Shown piece after piece: positions 24,091 through 36,471 of a DNA stretch of 64,000 nt (positions within the stretch are counted from its first letter, which is position 1; every line of letters starts with the position of its first letter). Origin of the DNA: Hydrolagus colliei (lineage: Eukaryota); the NCBI GenBank assembly GCA_035084275.1, contig CM068748.1, positions 12,772,001-12,836,000 on the forward strand, given 5' to 3'. The position numbers and the translations under genes are program-made. Under the pieces are notes generated by a model. That model worked only from the letters and a program-made list of their open reading frames with translations. It did no database searches and was not told the DNA's origin.

Positions 24091-27000
24091 TGATTCTTCT
24101 CTTTCTATTGGGAGTAAAAGATTAACAGAAATACAGTGGCACAGATTCAGTTAATGAAATCATATAGACTGAGAAGCTAAAAAAAACAATCTCCGCTTTG
24201 CGCAATATTTGGTTGATAAGACACATGCAAAGCAACCTCTTGGGCCCCATTGTTCCAGGCCTTTAATTAATGAAATGTACAGAGTCCAAAGCAAATTACC
24301 AACAAAGCACACACCGAAAGCAAATCTTTATTTGATATAACTCCAGGGAAAATGTTTTAAAAACACAAAAGGAGAGAAATAACCATCAAAGAAGCCATCT
24401 TTATTACATGTAGAGTGAATGAAAATTAATTCATTTCACCAGATCAAGCTGATAAAACATGGATTAATCCAGCCTTTGGAGGCTAATTTATGTTCAAGTG
24501 AGTTAAGAAACAAATGAGAAAAGTCACATCTTATTACTTCCACTGGATTATTATGTAAAGCTTTGTTCAGTTCAACAGGAAAGAAACAATAGACTGAAGG
24601 TGCAGTCTGATATATATGTGATAATTCCCCGTTCCTAACAGCTGCAGATTCACAACCTAATGACTGGAATTAAACTGAGGAATGTAATTACATAGAAATT
24701 CAGCAATTCATTTTGGAGACAAAAGAAGAGGGCTTGCTTGCACAGCCTGGTCTCCTGAGAGAAGTCCTCAGGTACACAATGAACAGACCTGCTCACTATT
24801 AACTAACATTTACATCTTTATCATTACTAACATTTGCATCTGTAGAAGCCGAGGAGCCATGCTGAGAACTAAGCATCAGACAAGAAAGCTGGTAGCATTG
24901 AAACCATGGTCAGGTAATGACTCTGTCTTATCATAGCAGCATGTATGGATGACATCTGCCAGGCATTGATATTGGGGTTAGATAAAGTTTCGAAAAGCTG
25001 TAGTGTGAATTGTTCAGTGTCAGGAGATATGTCATTGCCAAATTTCTTGGACAAACCCCCTGTGACATGAAGTGAGAAACCGATGCATTTTCATTTAATC
25101 TAATTTGAAAAACAAGCCTAGCAAAATAGGATAGGGATGCAACTCATATATTGGATTTTACAGGAGTTAGATTTGATGGATCTCATCTTCCAATGGAATT
25201 GTCTTTTTGAAACAAAAGGTCACCAAAGGGAAAGCAAGTCTTCCAGCTTTTTTTTTAGCATGTTAAAAACCATCACTTTGCCAAATGTGGCTAAAGTAGC
25301 TCTAAACCATCTGTGATGGAACACCATTAATCATTCTTTTAATGCCTTTTAAAGTGTGGACTTAAGGCATCGGACACAAAAGAATAACATTTATTTCTAA
25401 TTGACTATTTGTAGAGGACATGTCAGACACTCTTCATTGAAATGGTAGATGAAAAAAAGTTTTCTGAAATGCTTACAGGAAAATCAATAATGCTTGTCAG
25501 CAAGCAGAAAGAATGATGAGGCAGGGGAACTATTTCCGCATCTCTAGCTGCTCTACCTGTGCTGGGCAAACACTTTCATTTTGGTGATGTCTCATTCAAT
25601 CACAAAATATTTGGACTGTGTCTTCAGAGCAGAGGGATAAGAACACACTTTCTGTTCAGAAAAAGCCAATTTGTAACATGTTGGTCAGAAAAGGTATCAC
25701 TTACCATACTTTCTTATGAACGCTTTATTGCCGCTACATCTGTCCTTGTTATGAAGAAACACAGCAGTGCTTAGATGTAGTTTATATTAAATATGAATGG
25801 TGATTGCTATGCAACAAGACTTGCTTGTGCAGCTGATGTAATTGAGTGCTACAATGGAAAGAGATAAGAGCTAGAAATAGGTGCAACAGAGAGGAAAAAA
25901 AACAAAAAAATCAATACAAGGAAAAGGTATGTCAACAAAGCAGTTATAGGAGCAGGAGGTCTTTTATTCTTATTTGAGGTTAAAGTATTTACTCCTCCAC
26001 CCCATCCCCACCACTGCCATCACCAATTCCCTGGAGTCTCCAGATTATACTTTGAGTGTGATTTAGTAAGTGTAAAGCTAACCTTCTTCCGAGTGTCTGC
26101 CATTCACAATCTCAATTGAGTCCTGGAAAAAGGTGCTCATGAAATATTCTTCTCCCTTTGACTTTTGCATTCTCCCTTGTAGTGAGCACCTGGCTTCTCA
26201 ACTCTCTCTGCTGTGGTATGACCATGACCATTGAGCTGATCAGCCATTGGCAACAGATCAGCAAGTAGATAAAGAATGGTGGGGTGGGGGAATAGGACTT
26301 AATTCACTGCTCCACAGCACACAACCCTGGTACCCAAATGCACAGTGGCACAATCGCATTATTGTACAACATCAAACATAAATACTGCACACAAATGCTA
26401 AAGTACAAACTTATACCACAAGACATTCCCATCAGTTATAATTTGAGAATTTTCAACACATCTGTTATTACTTGATTTCACAATTATACATTTCTAAGCA
26501 AAGGCACAATGCTTGACACAATTGTACTATTGAATCATCCCATTGCAGAGCATGCCTGTGAGAATCCTGATATTTTGCGGGGTGATCGAGATCTATGAAT
26601 ACTTTGGTACCACTTTGATATTGAAAAAAGCCAAGATCCAGCTGGAGAATGAAGATGCAGCTGAAGGTTAGGGCAGTGGGGATGGAGAGATTTGGAGATT
26701 GTAAAATATAAATTCATTCATGAAAATAATGTCATTATCAGAGCCCAGTCTGTGTGCTCCAGATCAAAAGAGTTTGAGGCCAAGCATATGATTCCAACTT
26801 AATCATTTCTTAATCATGAACATTATGTAGAATTCCTAATCCCAGTCCAACAATTGTACACGTTGGCTGTATATTGAAGTTTTATTTATGTATTGAATTT
26901 TTGTATGTTGAAGTTTAATTTTTTTTAATCAGACATTTTCGATTCCTGAAATCCCACAACAATCACAGAAGTACAAGTTACACAGAGATCTTCTAAATTA

Positions 27001-29053
27001 AGACAATTTTTTGAATTTTCTCTATTTATACATAATCATAAACTTTAGACAAAATAGTCTTACAGGCAAAGAATAGATGTGAATTTGGGACTCACATTCA
27101 TCTATGGTTAGTCAATTTACATGTGTCCTTTTCTTTGAATAGATATATAAGCTTTTATTTCATGACAAAAGTGAGCCAAATAGATAAATGACATGCTAAT
27201 TAGACTGGCCAATTTGTGGAAGTGTACTACATATCTAGTAATCGCGGGTCCAATGGACACCCATGTTATAAGTGGACAAGACACTTCATAACAGAATTAA
27301 CCTGCAGTTACCTAAGAATAAATAAAAGTGGCATGAAAGCTTGTGCATAGTACAATGACTTTCATTTTTCAAGTTCATCAACCAAACATTCAGAATAATG
27401 GGCTTGACGGGGTGGGGTGGTGGGGAGGGCAGGAAGGAACATGTTTGTTATAAATAGAAAACTGCAATCGTCATGAGCAATAATGTACACAATGAAACCT
27501 GAACATCCAACAATATTGATTTAAAAATAGGTAGGTATTGATACTAAAGTTAAGATGCCTTTGGGATTCATTACTACATTTCTTCTGACATTGATAGACT
27601 AACTTGCTTTTATTCCTAGACTAAACAGGCTATTATCTTTGACCCTTCTGAAAGTGAAGTAAAGAACTGTCTGAAGGTACAGCAGCTGCAGGAGGCGAGG
27701 CCTGACACAGTGCTGTAATGTCCGATCCCTGATGGCCCTGCTTATCTTGAGCACCTGGACAGCTCGCTGCTTGTACAGACCCCCTGAGGTGAGTTTATCG
27801 TTCTCTAGCATTGAACTGGATGATCACAGATAAAACTGTGGCAGCAAAAGCCTTTAGTTCGAGCAGAGTTTGATCAAGAAGATAATTGGCTTGGTTGAGT
27901 ATGGGACCCAAAGTGCAGTGGACTGTCCTTTAATATTCAAATACCTGATTATCAAGGCTGCCAAATATTACTGAAAGGCAGGTGCAACATTATCAGTGCA
28001 AAACAGTGCAATAGGATTACATAAACATCTAATTACTCCTACAATTCAAAACCCATAGGGATTTCTCCCAATATTTTGTTAGTTTATTCCTGTGCCCAAT
28101 AGACTTACCCTATATATTGCAAATAGCTACTTTGCAAAAGCAATGCAAAGTATTGCTTTGCAAATCTGAACGTCATTGTTTGCACATAAAAACTAAAATA
28201 ATGCCATATTAATCATATTTCAATGGCAAAAGGATAGGAGAATATTGCTTTCAAGCACGCACATTAAATTATGTACATAAATAAATTACAGAATCAGGAA
28301 ACAATTGCACTTCTGTTTTGTGCCATTAGCAAAAGGAAAGGATTCCTAGCCTACAAATGGCTATTTGTGGTTTTATGCTAAAGGGTTAATTGATGTGAAC
28401 AAAGACATCAATTTGTACATGCTGCTCTGTTTTATGAAATTAAAACTAACCTACTTGTATTGCATGATGCAATGTCATCAGTACTTTACTGCAGGACAAG
28501 TACTTCCTAAGTGCTTTGTGTTTTTATTGTGAAAATTATTACAATGCTGTAATGGACAATAAAACGGTCCCATTACTGAGTTCTCCTGCACTACTTACCC
28601 ATTCTGATGGGCAATATATTTCAGTACAGTTGCATTGTGCATGAATTATAGTACTTTAAAGCCATCAGCAATCAAAAGACACAGTCTAATCACCACTCTC
28701 TTTATCCTTTGCTTTTAACCCTAAGACAATCAAGGCTAACCGTGTTAACCAGCTGGCTCTGTCTTGGAAAAATAAATATGGTTCTTTTGACATCAAGATA
28801 TTTACTCTGTGATGTGCATTGACTAATTTTGACATCCACCTGATAATATTCCGGAAATAGCAGTATCTTGATAACTAGGTTTGAACTCGATTGATTCTTG
28901 TTGAATAGCATTACCAGATTATGATCAGCGTTTCTGTATACATTTGGAAGAGCAATTACTGTGATGAAATATCAAAACAAAAAGACTGCAAAAGGAGAAA
29001 GTTTTTTAATATCATTCATTTTTAAGAACTTTTTAAGCCTGTTTCCACTTCCC

Positions 29054-29110
29054 TAGAATTACATAGAACGATAAGGAAGGAAACAGGCCTTTCGGCCCAA
29101 CTTGTCCATT
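29054..29110 (-). mobile_element. CR1 3' terminal fragment
   Basis: catagaac..gaaacaggcctttcggccca is the reverse complement of the CR1 end tgggccgaatggcct..ttctatg seen at 51605-51650. Confidence 0.7.
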
Positions 29111-30332
29111 GCCATTTGCATGTCTTTCATCAAAGCGGCTGATAGGCAGCTGGCTCTAATAACTCTGTTAAAGCTACAAGGAAACATGAGATCCTACTTC
29201 ATTGTAACATTGTCAGCTGGGTCCAATAACTTCGAAGTTGTTTTAGAAGCAAAATGTAATATCACTTCCGTCGCACCACATAGGCACACAACGTGTAGGA
29301 ATCACCGCTGATGTCAATTTATTTGCAGAGTGACATTAGCAGCACTTTCTGCGCATAGTGTGCATGTTCAAAGTTCAGGAAATAATGTCAGCGATGGTTC
29401 CCACACTTAGCCTCAGGTACTCAACATGCAATATGTGATATCAGTGGCAACCTACTGCCCAGGAGTTGATCTTTTTTTAGAGAGCGGAAAGCAGGTAAGC
29501 CAGTATGAGAAACTAGGTGCATCATTTAGTCTTAGTCCACAGCAGCAAGACAGTCCTCTGGAGATAGGAGCTGCATTGCTGTTCCTCTGACTTTGGGCAG
29601 AACATCACTGCTTTGACTCTCACTAAGTAACATGCTCAGCTAGTCCTGCCAACTCAACGCAAATCATTTGGTAAATCTCTCAGTTACAGCAGAAGTCAAC
29701 GGTTTTAGATTCCCCTCCACAAGGCTCCAGTATTCCAGTTCTCGTGATCAGCTGACACTATCAATGGGTGCTGTTGGCAAGTGGCTCCATATGGTCCAGC
29801 ACACATAATGTTTGCCTGATTTGGCAATGAGATTTAAACTAGTCAACAAAGAAACAAAACAGGCATTCATGTCATGTGAGTAGAGCCAATGTAGCAAAGC
29901 ACCAGTTTAGTCGTGTCACAAAGAACACACTGATGACGTGCATTCTTTAGACGCTGTTTGGTTTGTTCTTTATAACTTATTGGCACATGGTCCAAAAACA
30001 TAAAGCAATAGTAAAGCTTGCCTTAAGTATATCTGGCAAACTCCCTAAACAAAAAATGAGAGCATTTGCTTTTCCAAGTTGTGCATCTCAAGGTTTCAAG
30101 ATCAGATTACTGCTCCTGTAATGTTATTACGAGGACATTTGTATTGTGAGAACATCAAAGCAAAATTATGAGCTTCTCTTTCCTCCTCATAAAATGATGC
30201 CAACCCCTCTTCCATTACCAAAATGGTCATCAGAAGAGTGCACATAATTTTCAATATTATTTATTTACTCATCTTCTCATTGCAGCCAGCAGTAGTAAAT
30301 GCTTATGCCTTTGAAATGCTAACTATAGCAAC

Positions 30333-30460
30333 CTCTGTTCGACCGCATCTTTTCACCCTCCCCCTGGCTCGGCCCCGGGCTCTGCTTTGTGAAGCGCTCT
30401 GAGACGCTGCCTCGTTTGGAGGGTGCTATTTAAATCCAAGTTGTTGTTGTTGTTGTTATT
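30333..30460 (+). mobile_element. L2 3' end (type a)
   Basis: ttcgaccgc..cccctggctcggccccgggc..gtgaagcgctctgagacgc..ggagggtgctatttaaatccaa(gtt)n. Confidence 0.92.
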
Positions 30461-30767
30461 ATAACATGTTTAGGTTCATAACAAGTTAAGACACTGCATT
30501 ACAATAGGTCCATGACACGGCTGGCTGCTGATCACTCTTCTGGATCATCAAATCACTTTGGACATCACATTCTATGTCCAGTGTAGACTTGCCAGCTCTT
30601 CTTGCACATGCAGATCCAGTTATAAAAGAGCTCCAGAGGGTTCCTTATATTGTGTTTATACACTGTTTTCTGTTATTTCTGTTTGATTAAAATAACCTAA
30701 TACATCAGATAACTAAGTACATATCCATCCCACCCATGAATAATATTGAACTCCACCTCAAACCTCA

Positions 30768-31066
30768 ACAATAATAATAATCCTTGCATTTGATATAATG
30801 CTTTTCACGTCTTTTAGACATCTCAAAGAGCTTCACAGAATATACTGTAAAGTGAATTGACTGTATATTTGTGGTCGAAACATGGTAGCCAATTGTGCAC
30901 AGCAGTGTCTCACAACAGTCATGGATTGAAATGACCGATTTTTTTTTGACAGATTATAATTAGGCATGTGCAGTAAAGAAAATTGCCCAAGTTTTCTCCC
31001 TGCCTAAAATCAAATCCCGTCTTGCTTGTAAGACAAGTGCTTTAACCTTTGAGTGACAGGACTCTA
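30768..31066 (-). mobile_element. tRNA-derived SINE, near full length
   Basis: aataatccttgcatttgatat tail, body, and head cttgtaagacaagtgctttaacc..caggactc on the minus strand. Confidence 0.9.
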
Positions 31067-31339
31067 AGCACCAGCAATTCCAGCTGTTCTGAGAGACATC
31101 AAATCTAGGATGAGCTTTAAATTCTTGAGTAATGTTAGCTGAAGAATTGGACTTGAATTGGTTAAATGGCATCAGGTAAATCTCTCGCTTTATAAAAAAA
31201 ATTGTTTTCTTCGTTCACCCATTCGCTTGATTAACTCAAGAATGTTTGTTGACTCAGATGAATTATCAATAAATGATCCTATCACTCACAGTGCATTTAG
31301 TGAATAAAAATTTCTAACGTTGTTTAGTAACACTTGAAA

Positions 31340-31535
31340 GCAATTCCTCAAAAAAACAAGAATAATTTGGTCACTCAATCCACAACTGTTTGTCGAACAT
31401 AGCTCTGTGCAGTTGTCTGCCACGTTTTACCCATAAATATACGGTCAATTCAGTTTACAGTATATTCCGTGAAGCGCTTTGATACGCCTCGAAGACGTGA
31501 AAAGCTCTAAATAAATGCAAGGATTATTATTATCA
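31340..31535 (+). mobile_element. SINE 3' half
   Basis: ggtcactcaatccacaactg..gtgaagcgctttgatacg..gacgtgaaaagc..gcaaggattattatt. Confidence 0.88.
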
Positions 31536-31678
31536 TATGATAATCGACTATTTAATTCACCAGCCATTTCTCAAGGGATTCATTGAATAATATGTAACTG
31601 GGCAAAAGGTTTTCAACTTTTAATGGAAAATAATAATCAGAAAGAGGGGAAAATACAATCCTTGGGTCAATCTGTAAT

Positions 31679-33027
31679 ATGTACCTCTCCTCCCACTCCC
31701 TCTTCGAACCCCTCCAGTCCGGTTTCCGCCCTGCCCACAGTACAGAGACTGCGCTTGTGAAAGTCACAAACGATGTCCTCTCTATCTGTGACCAGGGTTC
31801 CCTCTGCCTCCTTATCCTCCTGGACCTGTCGGCTGCCTTTGACACAGTTGACCACGCCATCCTCCTCCACCACCTGTCCTCCGCTGTCCACCTCAGTGGG
31901 ACCGCACTCGCCTGGTTTGAGTCCTACCTCACAAATCGCCAGCAGTACATCTGCACAAATGGTTTTTCCTCCCACACTCACCCAGTTACCTGTGGGGTAC
32001 CCCAGGGATCCATCCTTGGCCCCCTCCTTTTCCTCATCTACACTCTTCCTCTTGGGGATGTGATCCGCAGACATGGGGCACAATTCCACATGTACGCGGA
32101 TGACACACAACTCTATCTCTCCACTTCACTTTGTGACCCCCAGTCCCCCGATGTTCTGTCAGCCTGCCTTTCGCACATCAGGGGCTGGATGAGCACACAT
32201 TTCTTGCAGCTGAATGTTGACAAGACGGAGGCCATACTCCTTGGCTCTCGTCAACGTCTCCATTCGCACAGCTGACTCCACCTTCCCGGCCTGCCCCTAA
32301 AACTCACCAAACCTGTGCGCAACCTTGGCATCAGGTTTGACCCCCAACTGTCCTTCCTCCCCCACATCTGGTCCGTCACCAGCACTGCCTTCTACCACCT
32401 CCGACGGATCGTCCGTCTCCGGCAATACCTCACCTTAAAAGCCGCCGAAACCTTGGTCCATGCCTTTGTCACCTCTCGGCTGGACTACTGCAACACCCTC
32501 CTTGCCGGTCTCCCCTCCACCACAATCCACAAAATCCAGTTTATCCAGAACTCTGCTGCCTGCATACTCACCCGCTCTAAGCTTCGCTCCCCCATTACCC
32601 CAGTCCTTGCCAGACTTCACTGGCTCCCTATCCCAGAGAGGATCGACTTCAAGATCCTCACCCTTGTTTTCAAATCCCTCCACTCCTCTGCACCCCCCTA
32701 TCTCTCTGATCTCCTCTCCCCACAACTCAGCACCCGCTGCCTTCGTTCCTCTGGGTCTGGCCTCCTCCATGTCCCCCGAGTCCTCCGCTCCACCCTCGGC
32801 GGCCGTACCTTTAGCCACTACGCCCCGAGGCTCTGGAACTCCCTTCCTCACTTGCTTCGCCTCGCCCCCTCTCTTCCCAGTTTCAGGTCACAGTTGAAGA
32901 CCTTTCTCTTCGACCGAGCTTTTGGTCACCTTCCTGCCCCTGGCTCGGTCCCGGGACCCGCTACTGTGAAGCGCTCTGAGATGCCTTCTGGCGTGGAGGG
33001 CGCTATATAAATCGAAGTTGTTGTTGT
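31679..33027 (+). mobile_element. 5'-truncated, near-intact L2 LINE; ORF2 reverse transcriptase with one in-frame stop
   Basis: QSGFRPAHSTETAL, LLDLSAAFDTVDH, GVPQGSILGPLLF, YADDTQLY, NLGIRFD, SRLDYCN, LHWLP, LWNSLP; ORFs 31679-32275 and 32315-33010 share a frame, separated by TGA at 32273-32275; (gtt)n tail. Confidence 0.98.
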
Positions 33028-33399
33028 AGTACTTTCTCTTTAGTCAAAAATGTGAATACCGCTGCAGAAGCAAACAGCTTTTTATGGCTACTATCATAAA
33101 ACCATTAAAATAAAAATGCTAATGTGATATTTCAACTGTTATCTGCAACCGTGTTCCGTGAAGAGAGGGATGTTAGAACAGGTGCAAAAAATATCGCAAA
33201 TGAGGTCCCATAAGTGAGGCATTTTTTCGTGAAGATCATACATAAGGCAATCTCTCATGACTATCTTATTTGCAAAGAAGTATTTGTACAGCAGGCTGAA
33301 AGGTATCATTCTGTCTTTGGTGGGTATTTTAAATGTTAGCTTTGCTCAGCCTAGGTGCCAGCCTGGAAGCATGCTAAATGACTGAATGACTCTCTGAGG

Positions 33400-33800
33400 C
33401 TCTGAGTTCTCGTTGAGACTTTGAACCCACGTAGTTTAGGCTAGGTTGACAATGCAACACAATGCTAGGGGTGTGCTTCTCTTGAAGTGCTGTCATTCAG
33501 ATGAAACATTAAGCCTGAATAGACGGACACAATCCTGTCCGTCTATTCAGGCAGACATTAAAGATTCCATGGCAATATTCTAAAACAGAGTTTCTCCCAG
33601 GGTTCTGGACAATAATCCCTCAAATATATTTGCCATTCACTTCATGGGTATTTGCGGATACTGTTGTGCCCAAATAGGCTATGATGTTCGCCTACAAGAT
33701 ACATGGTCACTTCACTTTATTGCAGTTCTTGTGAAGCACTTTGAGATGTCCTCCTAACATGAAAGGCACTATATCACACAAAAGGATTATTGTTATTATC
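33400..33800 (+). mobile_element. Older long Deu-domain SINE (AmnSINE1/SacSINE1-like)
   Basis: gaagtgctgtcattcagatgaaacattaa..ttcaggcagacattaaagattccatggcaatattc..ttctggacaata..gtgaagcactttgagatgtcc..tgaaaggcactatat. Confidence 0.8.
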
Positions 33801-36029
33801 ACTCTGGATTTCGACTCACCATTTCCCTGCTGTCGGCCCACATTTTCTGATTTATCTGGCCTTTTTAGCTTTCAGACCTTGGTTTGAACTCTGCCTGGAG
33901 GACAATTTTATTTTTGCAGCCAGCTGTTGAGATTCTTTGTGAAATAAGTTTGAAAATCTTGAAACATTTTGAAGTGGGCGGGAAGTCTATAGCATAAAGC
34001 AGCCCATAACTCTTCACTAATTGGTGCTAAATTGGGCACACTCAGTTAGAAAGGCACAGGCTCTCCAGCGATAGAATTGAAAGGTCAACAAGGTGCCGCA
34101 GACTGTTGTTGCGTGCCTGGGGTTAATCGTATTTTGGGAGGGGAAGAAGGAGGAGTGTTACACCTAAAGCAGGCTGCAACGAGGTGAGAATTGGATAATG
34201 CTGGCTCGAGGTGCAAAAATTAGGTTAATGTTACATTCCCTGATCTTTCCATCTCTCACCTCAATGGTTGTCTCTATCCTCTCCCGCCTACAAATAAACA
34301 GGAGATCAACTCAATTGTGGTAATTATACAAATCCATTGAAATGGTGATTCTCCAGCAACAGCTAGTTCCCTATGACTTCCATGTAACTGCATTAGGAAG
34401 AGCTGATCTACAATCACACGTATAAGTTATGCACCCAACTATTTTATTAATGAGGAAAGGGAGCGATATGCTGTCTGGGCTCTGGCATTAGCAAAAACTG
34501 GTCACTAAGGCGGCTCTTTGATAAGTGACAAAGATAGTGGTGGGAGATTGCCCTTTTAATGATAAACATTCCGCGAATGGTTCTTCTGTACATTTGAATC
34601 CATGTCACCCTCACTGTAGCTCAATAATGTAGACTCATGAGGTTTCACTTTATCCAGGTAGTTCTGATTAAAAAAATCACCATTCATCTTCAAAAAGATT
34701 GCTTTGAAGCAAAACATTTAACTTTTTTCCCCTCTTAATTAGATCCCTGAAGATGATGGAGAGAAATTTGAGAAAAAGATTACAGTATGTCAGGTGCAAG
34801 AGGGGCATCAACAGATGAAACTTTGCAATTAGTGGTAATGTTAGTTACTCTACTCTATTCCTGAACACTAGTGCATTGTTTTCATGGTATACAGTACATG
34901 ATACAGTGATTGTATTACAGTATTAAGAGAATGAGCCCCACTGAGTGACTTGCAGATGGAGACTAATTAAGAAAGCAAATGTCTTAGCTTTATAAATCAT
35001 ATAATGACTAAAGTCACACATGCACCCAAGTCTCATTCAGTTTCATCCCCAAATACTTAGATGTCTTTGTACTAATTATAGTTTTAAATCAGATAAATGG
35101 CTAAATCGCAACAGCTTCTTGGTCTCAAATCCATCCTAAATATTATGCAAATGATCAACATGCTTTGGATCATGACATCAATATCACTGAAGTACATTTG
35201 CAGAAACCTATAACACAGATTTTACCATGCTATTCATTTTAGTGCTTGATTTGCTCTTTACTAAAGCAAATCTAGCGTTATTGTCGTAAAATCACCAAAC
35301 ATAATGCATTCCCTTTTACTGAGTTAAAAATTCTCTTGTAAATATAATGGAGCCTTTGAATCCAATAAAATCCTTACCTACTTTAAAGCGAGGGATAATA
35401 GCAGGTTAGACTCTGACAACAGATCCTGACCAACTTCCAGGTCACTGTCAACATCACTTCCAATTTAATGTGCTTGCCCAACACAGGAAATGATATCGGC
35501 AGTGACCTGATGAACCAGACGTTGGACATTTGTTAAAACACAAAGCCGAAATGGCCAGTTTCTGGGGCAATAGGTCATGAGAACGTTACATGTGCAGCAA
35601 AGCAGGCAGTGATATCAACAGCAACCTGATGACCTGGAAACAAGTTATTTTAGCCCAAAGGGGCCTTGAGGTGACTGATTAATTAATATGGATAATTTAT
35701 GGCAAGGACACTGGGTGGAAATCTGTTCTCTTTTGCATAGAGAGAACATGGAGACAACCTGGGGCTTCAGTTTGGCATCTCAATTGAAGGATACCCTGCC
35801 ACTGATAATGCCGCAATTCCTCCAAACTTAGACAAAAGTGTCAGCCTCGAACAAATTTTGTGATGAGAATGCATGCAGGAAATAACTTTCACCTATTTAT
35901 ATTTATCCTGATGATAATTTTTGGTCATTTTTAGATTAAATGCTATCACAACTTTTTGGGCACTCTGCTTAAAACCCTTGTGCACATATTATAAGGCACC
36001 TGCTTTATAAAGGTTGCCATATAACTGTC

Positions 36030-36362
36030 GTGTTTCGCCTACAGTCAATTATAAATATACAGTCAATTCACTTTACAGTATATTCTGTGAAGTACTTTAA
36101 GACGTCGATAAGATGTGAAAAGCGCAATATCAAATGCAACAATTATTATTATTACTATTATTATACATATAATAATCCATCACAAAAATATAAATTGATA
36201 ATTTTTCTTGACTGTTTGTGGGACACTACTGTGTGTAATTGGCTGCCGCATTTCACTTAGAAATATCTAGTCATTTCACTTAATATATATTCTGTGAAGC
36301 ACTTTAAGATGTCCAGATGATGTGAAAAGCACTATATCAAATGCAGACATTATTATTATTAT
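36030..36362 (+). mobile_element. Two adjacent 5'-truncated SINE copies
   Basis: Two SINE tails in tandem (ending about 36165 and 36362), each with gtgaag..ttt.agac..gatgtgaaaagc..atatcaaatgca. Confidence 0.9.
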
Positions 36363-36429
36363 CCTAGTTGGGGGCTTATTTTTTTAAATTAGTTCTTGTG
36401 CCACAAGTAGCTGAAATTAACTCTCTGCA

Positions 36430-36471
36430 TGCATTCTATATTCTTAGAAATGCATTTTATATTCTTAGAAA
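36430..36471. repeat. 21-bp tandem duplication
   Basis: tgcattctatattcttagaaa followed by tgcattttatattcttagaaa. Confidence 0.85.

Noticed and set aside
28125-28160. Imperfect AT-rich hairpin tttgcaaaagcaatgc/gtattgctttgcaaa
   Set aside because: Short, low-complexity and imperfect; not clearly above chance
31552-32897. Antisense and alternate-frame ORFs over the L2
   Set aside because: Shadow ORFs of the pyrimidine-rich L2 coding strand
33860-33965. LF-SINE-like head fragment
   Set aside because: Resemblance is from memory and the sequence is too decayed to call without a profile search
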